DNA from: Minisyncoccota bacterium
GTDB lineage: Bacteria; Patescibacteriota; Minisyncoccia; Phycocordibacterales; UBA9973
Length of the DNA: 64,000 nt
Reading direction: 5' to 3'
Assembly (NCBI GenBank): GCA_041650615.1
Contig: JBAZKU010000001.1
Location: forward strand, 249,216 to 313,215
In this document: positions 18,145 through 26,204 of the stretch, piece by piece
Layout of the letters: each line of letters begins with the position of its first letter
Numbering within the stretch: position 1 is the stretch's first letter
Made by a program: the position numbers and the translations under genes
The notes under the pieces: generated by a model
Told to the model about the DNA's origin: nothing
Database searches by the model: none
The model's input: only the letters and a program-made list of their open reading frames with translations

Positions 18145-19263
18145 CTATGGATTCTGTTCAAGAACAAAATCAATATTAAACGTTGTCCCATCGCTTTGAG
18201 CTTGGTTGATACCAGTTGCATCTGGGAATGACCAACTTAGATATACTTGCCCATTATCACCTCCATCTAATGGTCCTAAATCAACACCTGTTGCTAATTG
18301 AGCAAAAGTTTCTGGTGTTCCATTTACGAGCAATTTCAAATATTGGCTCATCTCTCCTTCTGTTGCTCCACCTGTTAGATCACCAGCTACAGATTCAGGT
18401 GAGTAAAGAGTATTTTCATTATCAACAACATTGCTGACTTTTAGCTTTAATGTTCCATTAATATTACCCTCATTTTGGTATTTAATTGTGGCAGTAGTCC
18501 CAGTATCAGTAGGTTTAATGTTTGTAATGTTAAACTGACCAGTTAAACCATCATCACACCAATAAGGTGCACTAGTAGTTGTATAACTTGCATTAACTTC
18601 TACTAAATCATGCTTTGTTTTAGAATTAACATCATTTTGATTCCAACTACCATCTTGTGTTGCTTGGAATTGAATCCTAAGAGCATCAATTTTAGCTTTA
18701 GTTGTAAAACCTAATGTATACAAATTAATATTTTCAATTACATCAGTATTAGCTGTTGGTAAAGCTAAATCAACAGTCTGCCAAGTAGAACCATCATAAA
18801 CTCTGATTCTTGCATCGTTTACACCAGTTCCTCGTTGCCATTCAAATTTAAGAGAAGCATCAGTTACGGTTGCTCCAGTTGGGATGTCTGCCATTGCAAA
18901 ATCTATAAATTCAAGCATATGCCAACCATCGTCTTGGGGGCCATCAGTAGGAGCTCCAAAAGATGTATACCAACCATAGTTACTTGTATAACTACTATCA
19001 TCACTAGCTGATAACATAGCTAATTCAGTAGGAGTTAGCTGATCTGTAACTGTACCCGTTGTATCTATAGTAACATCCTCTGGGTGTAGAGAATCCATAT
19101 CAGCTGTGGTTGCTTCAGGGCATTCTAATTGCAAGTTTAGGGAACCAGCGGTAATAGTGTTGCCTGTTGAAGTTTCAGTGTCACTGAAATATGCCAACGT
19201 TGCTCCTGTAGCAATTGCTCCAACAACTACCAATACCGCTAGACTTTTAATAATTTTTTTCAT
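18145..19263 (-). CDS. TasA/camelysin-like secreted protein with SipW-cognate class signal peptide
   Basis: N-terminus MKKI...ATGATLAYFSDTETSTGNTITAGSLNL. Confidence 0.5.
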   Translation of the reverse strand: MKKIIKSLAVLVVVGAIATGATLAYFSDTETSTGNTITAGSLNLQLECPEATTADMDSLHPEDVTIDTTGTVTDQLTPTELAMLSASDDSSYTSNYGWYTSFGAPTDGPQDDGWHMLEFIDFAMADIPTGATVTDASLKFEWQRGTGVNDARIRVYDGSTWQTVDLALPTANTDVIENINLYTLGFTTKAKIDALRIQFQATQDGSWNQNDVNSKTKHDLVEVNASYTTTSAPYWCDDGLTGQFNITNIKPTDTGTTATIKYQNEGNINGTLKLKVSNVVDNENTLYSPESVAGDLTGGATEGEMSQYLKLLVNGTPETFAQLATGVDLGPLDGGDNGQVYLSWSFPDATGINQAQSDGTTFNIDFVLEQNP

Positions 19264-19288
19264 AATAATTTATTCGTTAAGCGGTTAA

Positions 19289-19855
19289 TTATATTTGTGT
19301 AAGAGTAGCTGTTATACCAAAACCACAGCTATCACCTTGAATTTCATTTCCGACTGTATCAGGAATTTTATAACTCAATGTATAGTCTGCATCAGCTCCT
19401 GCACTAAGAGATCCTAGAGACAAGGGTGTAGAAAGACCAGCCAAAGAATTCCAACCATAAACAGTCACTGAATTATAATCAACTTTTACTTGCATGGTAG
19501 CACATAAATCACCTTCACCAGGACCACCAGTTGAGTCTCCCCCGGTTTGCTCAGGCTCAGTTAAACCATTATCATCATTTGATGTTTGAGTAACAGCAAA
19601 AGTTAAACTACCATCAATAGAACCAGCATTAGTAATTGTACCACTTACATCTTCACTACCACCTGGGACTACATTTGCAACTGTTATCACAGCAGTACCT
19701 GCTAAATCATTGTCATCAATTTTCAAATCCAAAGTTCCAGCAGAAATTGTATTTCCTGTGGAAGTCTCTGTATCACTAAACAAAGCTGTTGTTGCACTTA
19801 CTGCTACTACGGCTACAAGTGCGATAGCGCTCAAACTTAATATAATTTTTTTCAT
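19289..19855 (-). CDS. small TasA/camelysin-like secreted protein with SipW-cognate class signal peptide
   Basis: N-terminus ...SATTALFSDTETSTGNTISAGTLDL. Confidence 0.5.
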   Translation of the reverse strand: MKKIILSLSAIALVAVVAVSATTALFSDTETSTGNTISAGTLDLKIDDNDLAGTAVITVANVVPGGSEDVSGTITNAGSIDGSLTFAVTQTSNDDNGLTEPEQTGGDSTGGPGEGDLCATMQVKVDYNSVTVYGWNSLAGLSTPLSLGSLSAGADADYTLSYKIPDTVGNEIQGDSCGFGITATLTQI

Positions 19856-19871
19856 GATTTATTTATTCTTT

Positions 19872-19892
19872 GCGTTAGGCAAGACCTAACGC
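19872..19892. repeat. REP-like hairpin gcgttagg-caaga-cctaacgc sharing the 13-nt core TAGGCAAGACCTA with the hairpins flanking the RAYT-like gene
   Basis: Direct sequence comparison with 3135..3157. Confidence 0.45.
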
Positions 19893-20025
19893 ATAATTAA
19901 TTTAATAATAATTTTTTGTTTTTTAACCCTCGACCTTTTTTTTTGCTTTTAAAGTGCAAATGGAAACTTTTTATTGTTAAAAAGCTTGCATAAGTATTCT
20001 AAAAGCATTAATTTTTAAAAAACAA

Positions 20026-20066
20026 AAACCGCAAACCGAAAAAACTTTCGGACTGCGGTTTTTGTT
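20026..20066. terminator. bidirectional Rho-independent terminator (aaaccgca-aa-ccgaaa / tttcgg-ac-tgcggttt + T-run)
   Basis: 14-bp interrupted stem followed by TTTTGTTCTT; A-run on the other side. Confidence 0.5.
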
Positions 20067-20488
20067 CTTGTTGAGCAAACATTGATTTGTAAAATTTGCT
20101 TTTAACATAAATCAAATTCTTTATTTTTTTGTTCTTATCCTGGTATCTTCGCGTATTCTTGGCTCCCGGCAAGAATTTTGATTTATTCCCATACTTAATT
20201 ATATGGGTCTAACATTACCTGCTACCCTTAAATATGTCAAACGTGCATCTGTGAATAAAAAGTGGATAAAAAGAGGCTATAATTACAAGGGTAGAAAGCT
20301 CAGTAATGGACACTAAATAAGGGAACTACTTTATAAAAAAGTAATTATTTAGTGTCCATTGCCAAGCTTTCAAAAATCTTTTAGCAGTCTAGCACAAACT
20401 AGACACACTGTCAACAGTGTGTGCTAATAAAAAAACTAGAAAAACAACTTCCCTCTTTTGAAGTTGAAATGATACTTCATGAAAATTT

Positions 20489-20511
20489 ACGAAGGATTAT
20501 CCTTCGTTTTT
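20489..20511. terminator. hairpin acgaaggat-t-atccttcgt + TTTTT just downstream of the dinD-like stop; second copy of the 7610 hairpin
   Basis: Perfect 9-bp stem, T-run on the + strand. Confidence 0.45.
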
Positions 20512-20517
20512 ATTTGA

Positions 20518-21555
20518 TTATGTTAAAAGTTTTTTATTTTTTTCTTTCTTTAATTCTTTAATATGCTTTTCAGGTAATAAGTTTTCTGGAGTGGTTCCAC
20601 CAATATCTTTGATAGTTTGCCTAACTTTACCACCAACCATAAAATGAGCCCTTGATGCTTGGTCATCCCCTTTTATATTATCTTTTTTAATTTTTTCGCC
20701 AGTTTGTGTAATGCGAAATAAATTAGCAGCCAATTCGGTTGTCCCAGCTCTATCTAAAAGTTCTCCCTTTCTAATACCTTTCTTTGTTTCAATTTCATTT
20801 AATGGCATTCCATACAATCCCTTATACCCAGCATCATTAAATGATCCAAATTTAGTGACTCCTGCTCTTTTGGCAGTGCTAAAAAGTTTTTTATTTTCTA
20901 CTGTTACTTCGTCACGAATAAAAAGTCGCTTATTGGAAGCAGAAAGTTTTTCAAATACTTCTTGTTTCCTTGTTTGAACAGCAAAATACGTTTGAGCTAG
21001 TGCAATTTCTTGTTTATTTGGATCACCATTTTGTGCGATCAAATAACAAGCAAAACGGTCTAGTTTCCAATCTCTTACCTTTCTTATTGTTTTTGAGCCA
21101 ATTTCTACCATTTTCCCCAAAAGGTGAAAATGGTTATCCACATTCTGACCACTATTGACACATGCCCTTGCAGCTCTACCAATAACTTCCTCGGCTTTTT
21201 CCCATTTTAGATAACCCAAAAGAGGCATTAATTCGCGAGCTTGCCAATACTCAATGCCATTTTTATCAACTTTTTTTATATTTTCAAAACCCTTATTCAA
21301 AGAAACTTCTATAATTTTATCATTCATATTATTTAAATTTTCTCTTTGTAGCTTTTTTGGCCAGCATAAGATGCTTGATTGCCAATCTCTTTTTGGTTTT
21401 ATGAGAATGTCTTGATTTATTTTTTGGACTAAGGGTTGTTCCTCTTTTTGCCATATAATTATATTTTTGTTATTGAAATAATAATATTCATTATAACTTA
21501 AATTAACAAAAATTGCATTATTTGTTATATTTAGATAAATTGTTCTTTTTAACAA
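20518..21555 (-). CDS. DinD-like (DNA-damage-inducible protein D / BRO-N family) protein
   Basis: YWQARELMPLLGYLKWEKAEEVIGRAARACVNSGQ...KLDRFACYLIAQNGDPNKQEIALAQTYFAVQTRKQE closely parallels E. coli DinD. Confidence 0.6.
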   Translation of the reverse strand: MLKRTIYLNITNNAIFVNLSYNEYYYFNNKNIIIWQKEEQPLVQKINQDILIKPKRDWQSSILCWPKKLQRENLNNMNDKIIEVSLNKGFENIKKVDKNGIEYWQARELMPLLGYLKWEKAEEVIGRAARACVNSGQNVDNHFHLLGKMVEIGSKTIRKVRDWKLDRFACYLIAQNGDPNKQEIALAQTYFAVQTRKQEVFEKLSASNKRLFIRDEVTVENKKLFSTAKRAGVTKFGSFNDAGYKGLYGMPLNEIETKKGIRKGELLDRAGTTELAANLFRITQTGEKIKKDNIKGDDQASRAHFMVGGKVRQTIKDIGGTTPENLLPEKHIKELKKEKNKKLLT

Positions 21556-21738
21556 TTTTCCCTCCCAGAAGATAAGTGAATACTACCTCGTTGCACGGCT
21601 TCCCCTACTCTCCTAAAGGGAAGCCTTTTTATTTTTTCTTTCATCCCTTGCTATTAATAATTATATATGTTATTATTAATACAATATAGTTCATTGTTAT
21701 AATCAAAAAAATCCATAACCAATAAGGAGAAAACACCC

Positions 21739-23556
21739 ATGGAAAAAAATTTTCCTGGATTAATTTATCTGTCTGCATTTATAGTTATATGGCTTATTGA
21801 TGGCCTTAAATTACTTATTGAATCATTTTGTCATGGTTCTCAACATAACGAATATGCTGGCGAACATAACAAAGTGACGGTAATTGTTGCCGCGCATAAC
21901 GAGGAGAATACAATTCTTAATACGATTAATTCTCTCTCTCACATTATTCCCCTACAAAATATCATTATTGTAGATGACGGTTCAAAAGACAAAACTGCAG
22001 AATTAGTGCGTACGCGTGCCCCGGAGATACTTCTAATCTTGACCACAAATAATGGCAAAGTAAAAGCTATTAATTATGCATTGAACCATGTCAAAACTCC
22101 GTATGTTTTATTAATGGATGCGGATACGGAATTTGAACCGGGATTTATTATCCCGACAAAGGCGCTTGAAGATAAACACGCTACAGCGGTTTCGTTTAAT
22201 GTTGTACCAACAGTAACTGGAAAAAGTTTTATGAACCGTTTTTGGCTGAATTTTCAATCTCACGAATATGCAAAATCCATGCAAATTGGAAAACGATTCA
22301 GTCATCCTACAAAATCTATTCACTGTATAAGCGGGGCAGCCGGACTTTTCCGGACAGAAAGATTAAAAGAGCTGGCTAAAAAACACACAACAATATTTCC
22401 AGGGGAAGATCTTGAGCGTACTTTACTTGAACTTTCTGCAAATGGCGATGTGATTTTTTCAGAAAATACTGTTTTTACAGACGTGCCTCAGACATTCTTT
22501 CAATTATGCCGGCAAAGGATTATCGGTTGGTGGCCGGGGCTATGGCGCAATATGTGGCTGTTTCTTAAGCTTATTATTAAACGCAAGGAGCCTTTTCGCC
22601 TCCGTTATGAATTAATTTATGAAATTTTTGCATTATTTACTAATCCCCTAAAAATTATTTCACTTGTTGTGATGATTTTAAAAGAGGAATGGTATTTAAT
22701 GTTTTTCATTTTCTGCAATTATCTTTTTTTAGAAATTTTTGTCTTTTTTAGGATAAAAAAACTAAATGGAAAGTATATGAAAATGGAAAGTCTTATAATA
22801 GGATCTTTTGCTCTTTATTCCTTGTTGCAAATGTTTTGTGTTGTGTGCGCATTTTTTGTATTTCTACACAAAAAACTTTTTTCCAAAGACTGGAAGAAAG
22901 TTGTGATGATAATGGTATTATTAATACCTTTTTTTTCACAAGCACAGGAGAAGGAAAAAGATTGGACTATTGATTATGGATACTCCCATATAAATGATCC
23001 CGGAAAAGACCGATCGTTTGAAAATCAACAATTATATGTTGGCTACAAAAATTTCTATATTGTTCATTCAACAATGCCATATAATATCGTAAATATTGGC
23101 GGATATTTTGGTTCTTTTATTGTTGATACTAGATATCAATGGCAAAGCAATGGAATTGCTGTAAAAGTTCAGTATGAACATTGGTTTGGAAATATTGTTC
23201 CGCATATTATTGCAGGATATGGAGTATCTGAACAAACGCCTTCGGTTTCTAACCCTTCGTTTCCCACCATAGGACTGGGCATAAACTATTACCTTGAAAG
23301 CGAATCAAGTATAGGTATTGATGCTATTAAAGAATTTGGTCGGGTATATGGATTAACATATATTGCTAAGGCTAAATTTGTAAAAAAACCTGTATGGGGA
23401 ATATTCGGCGTTTCTATTACAAACTCCGGACATACTGGGGTCTTTGGTCAAGTTGGGTATGAATGGTTTTATGTACATACAAACTACTATCAGCATTTTG
23501 ATTTCAATATATTTGATCGAAAAAGTGTTGGAATAGGATTAAAATTTGGTTTTTAG
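21739..23556 (+). CDS. processive family-2 glycosyltransferase fused to TM segments and a C-terminal aromatic-rich β-strand domain ending in Phe
   Basis: GT2 motifs VTVIVAAHNEE, IIVDDGSKD, LLMDADTEF, QLCRQRIIGWW (QxxRW-like). The C-terminal 200 aa begin with a signal-peptide-like stretch (VMIMVLLIPFFSQA) and end in GLKFGF. Confidence 0.55.
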   Translation: MEKNFPGLIYLSAFIVIWLIDGLKLLIESFCHGSQHNEYAGEHNKVTVIVAAHNEENTILNTINSLSHIIPLQNIIIVDDGSKDKTAELVRTRAPEILLILTTNNGKVKAINYALNHVKTPYVLLMDADTEFEPGFIIPTKALEDKHATAVSFNVVPTVTGKSFMNRFWLNFQSHEYAKSMQIGKRFSHPTKSIHCISGAAGLFRTERLKELAKKHTTIFPGEDLERTLLELSANGDVIFSENTVFTDVPQTFFQLCRQRIIGWWPGLWRNMWLFLKLIIKRKEPFRLRYELIYEIFALFTNPLKIISLVVMILKEEWYLMFFIFCNYLFLEIFVFFRIKKLNGKYMKMESLIIGSFALYSLLQMFCVVCAFFVFLHKKLFSKDWKKVVMIMVLLIPFFSQAQEKEKDWTIDYGYSHINDPGKDRSFENQQLYVGYKNFYIVHSTMPYNIVNIGGYFGSFIVDTRYQWQSNGIAVKVQYEHWFGNIVPHIIAGYGVSEQTPSVSNPSFPTIGLGINYYLESESSIGIDAIKEFGRVYGLTYIAKAKFVKKPVWGIFGVSITNSGHTGVFGQVGYEWFYVHTNYYQHFDFNIFDRKSVGIGLKFGF

Positions 23557-23618
23557 AAACCAAAAGGAAAACGAGGCTGTCACTTCATTGTGACAGCCTT
23601 TTTATTTTAATCCCCTAT

Positions 23619-24041
23619 TTGCCCAAATTTGCCCTTTGGGGTATAATATGGGGTATGAAAAATAATATAGAAGGAGTGCAAGAACCTATTAAAAAACCCG
23701 AAGAAAAAGAGGCTGAAATAAATGAATACGCCAGAATAACAACAACTCTTTTCTTTGAGAATTTCTTAAAGGAAAATACCTCAAATATGGAAACTGAAAA
23801 TTTCGGAGCGGTTCATGTTAATTTAAAAAACGGAGTTAAGAAAATTGTTTTTGACTCGGAAAAAGAACTGGGAAGAGAATACTCGGAAAAATTGGCTGGC
23901 AGTATTTTATCTGTATTGAATTTCTATTTATGGCTTGTTAAAGAAGATGAAAAAAAGGATTCGGGAATTAAAGAAGGAGTAAAAGAATTTCTTTCGGAAT
24001 ACATAGCGGGAAAATCAACTGGTCTTGATTATAAATTATAA
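23619..24041 (+). CDS. hypothetical protein
   Basis: ORF only. Confidence 0.3.
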   Translation: MPKFALWGIIWGMKNNIEGVQEPIKKPEEKEAEINEYARITTTLFFENFLKENTSNMETENFGAVHVNLKNGVKKIVFDSEKELGREYSEKLAGSILSVLNFYLWLVKEDEKKDSGIKEGVKEFLSEYIAGKSTGLDYKL

Positions 24042-24060
24042 TCAGGCACTAAAAAATAAC

Positions 24061-24152
24061 AAATAAAAAAGTCCTCCGATTTAAGTCGAAGGACTTTTGC
24101 TTTTTTGACATTCCCCCTTTTAAACTGCGGGAACTTTTTCTTTTTCCGATAA
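24061..24152. repeat. 92-bp segment (3' end of response regulator gene plus terminator hairpin) identical to 25616..25707
   Basis: Direct base-by-base comparison; includes hairpin agtcctccga/tcgaaggact. Confidence 0.8.
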
Positions 24153-24521
24153 GACCCGATCAATTGTGGCTAAAAGATCAACAAGATCATACGGTTTGGT
24201 GATCATATCTCTAGCTCCTAATTTTTTTGACTCACAACAGTTTTTCAGGTCGCCAAAACCTGTTAACATAATGACTTTAATTTTAGGATTTATCAATTCT
24301 TCCTTGGAATTCTGAATAAATCTCAAAACTCCAAATCCATCAACCTTAGGCATCTTGATATCTAGTATTACCAAATCGAATGCCTCTCGTTTGAGGAAAT
24401 CAATCGCCTCTTCTCCATCGGCTGCCATTTGAACATAAAACCCCTCCGGAGAAAGTTCCGCTTCCAATATCACTCTTACATCTTCTTCATCATCCACAAC
24501 AAGAATCCTTGCGTTTTTCAT
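24120..24521 (-). CDS. single-domain response regulator (CheY-like receiver)
   Basis: VVDDEED, LVILDIKMP (phospho-acceptor Asp), IMLTG, ITKPYD. Confidence 0.8.
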   Translation of the reverse strand: MKNARILVVDDEEDVRVILEAELSPEGFYVQMAADGEEAIDFLKREAFDLVILDIKMPKVDGFGVLRFIQNSKEELINPKIKVIMLTGFGDLKNCCESKKLGARDMITKPYDLVDLLATIDRVLSEKEKVPAV

Positions 24522-24663
24522 GATTTTCTCTTCCTTTTGTTTAATTTATGAAAATAACTTTATTTTTATTCATTTTAACAACAAACAACCGCCAAGTCAA
24601 TTAACTTGTTTGGAATTGAAGAATAAAAATAACTTACTTCCACTCTTTCAAACTTAAATCCGT

Positions 24664-25521
24664 CTAATTTTTTGATTGATGAATAACTCTTTGAGGAAAG
24701 GGAATTTCTATATTTTCATTGTCAAAAGCCATCTTCAGGCGTTTTCTGAGTTCTCCGGCAACATCCCACTGTTTAATCGGTTTTGTCTCCCCGAGAATTT
24801 TTATAATAATTGCCGAATCGGCAAAATCATCAACTCGCAAAAATTGCGGCGGCTTGGTTATAAAATCTTTCCATTCCGGATCTTCACTAAGCTCTTTGCC
24901 CACTTTATTTACAACTGCGATAACCTTTTCCAAATTTGAATTATAAGCGATTCCAATATTTAAATTTACCCTTGAATAGTATTTGGTCAAATTTGAAACC
25001 TTTTTTATTTCTCCATGAGGCACGTGATGGACTGTTCCGTCCAAATCCCGAAGAGAAGTCATTCGCAGGCTGATATCTTCCACCAATCCGCAAGTCTGAT
25101 CAAAACAAACCACATCTCCTATTCTATATTGGTTTTCCAAAATAATAAAAAGGCCGGAAATAATATCACGAATCAAATACTGGCCTCCGAATCCAAAAGC
25201 AAGACCGGCAATTCCGGCAGCCGCCAAAATCGGACCTATTTCAATACCCAGTTCTTGGAGAATCATCAGCCCGGCTATCAAAAAGACCAATACGCTCACC
25301 GTACTGTTAATTATTTTTATAAGAGTATCCCCTCTTTGTTTCTCGGAATTCTTTGATAAAAACCGATTTGAAACAACCATTTTCCTTATGAATTTTTCTA
25401 TAAAAATATGACTGAATTTCCGTATTAAAAAAGACACGATAATAATACCCGCTATTTTTAAACCACTGGTTAAGACCCAAGCATTTATCGTATTTAATGA
25501 AATATTGTCAAATTCCGGCAT
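24664..25521 (-). CDS. small-conductance mechanosensitive channel (MscS family)
   Basis: Three TM segments then the MscS β-domain RIGDVVCFDQTCGLVEDISLRMTSLRDLDGTVHHVPHG. Confidence 0.75.
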   Translation of the reverse strand: MPEFDNISLNTINAWVLTSGLKIAGIIIVSFLIRKFSHIFIEKFIRKMVVSNRFLSKNSEKQRGDTLIKIINSTVSVLVFLIAGLMILQELGIEIGPILAAAGIAGLAFGFGGQYLIRDIISGLFIILENQYRIGDVVCFDQTCGLVEDISLRMTSLRDLDGTVHHVPHGEIKKVSNLTKYYSRVNLNIGIAYNSNLEKVIAVVNKVGKELSEDPEWKDFITKPPQFLRVDDFADSAIIIKILGETKPIKQWDVAGELRKRLKMAFDNENIEIPFPQRVIHQSKN

Positions 25522-25674
25522 TTGTTCATTATAACTTTATATTTGTATTTAACAACAGCTGAGTTTTCCACTGACTCTGAATTCAGGAGAGATTCCGGTT
25601 TATATTCCGGCAGGAAAATAAAAAAGTCCTCCGATTTAAGTCGAAGGACTTTTGCTTTTTTGACATTCCCCCTT

Positions 25675-26079
25675 TTAAACTGCGGGAACTTTTTCTTTTT
25701 CCGATAAAACTCGTTCAATTGTGACCAAAAGGTCAAGGGAGTCATATGGTTTATAGAGAATCTCTGCAACCCCTAAATTTTTCAAGGTTGTTACATCTTT
25801 CTGATTAAGGCAATAATAGCTTGACAGTATGATGGCCTTAATTTTTGAGTTTTGAAATTCTGTTTTGTTATTTTGAATAAACTCCAAAACTTCAAACCCA
25901 TCAACCTTTGGTAAAAAAGCTTCCAATATAATCAGATCAAAGGTCTCTTGTTGAAGAACATTAATCGCTTCTTCCCCGTCAGCTGCCATTTGAACCTTAT
26001 ACCCCTCACGAGAGAGTAAGGCATTTAATACTACCCTTATCCCTCCTTCATCTACAATAAGAACCCTTGTATCTTTCAT
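25675..26079 (-). CDS. single-domain response-regulator paralogue with atypical active site (phospho-acceptor Asp replaced by Glu; DD pair replaced by DE)
   Basis: Aligns along its length with 24120..24521; LIILEAFLPKVDG versus LVILDIKMPKVDG; identical C-terminus EKEKVPAV. Confidence 0.7.
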   Translation of the reverse strand: MKDTRVLIVDEGGIRVVLNALLSREGYKVQMAADGEEAINVLQQETFDLIILEAFLPKVDGFEVLEFIQNNKTEFQNSKIKAIILSSYYCLNQKDVTTLKNLGVAEILYKPYDSLDLLVTIERVLSEKEKVPAV

Positions 26080-26204
26080 GATTTTTTCTTCCTTTTATTT
26101 TATTTATGAAAATAACTTAAATTTAACTTACCTTAGCAACAAAAAATAAATTAGTCAATCAGACTATTTTAGTACAGCGCGCATAGCGTTTGGTTTCAGG
26201 AATT

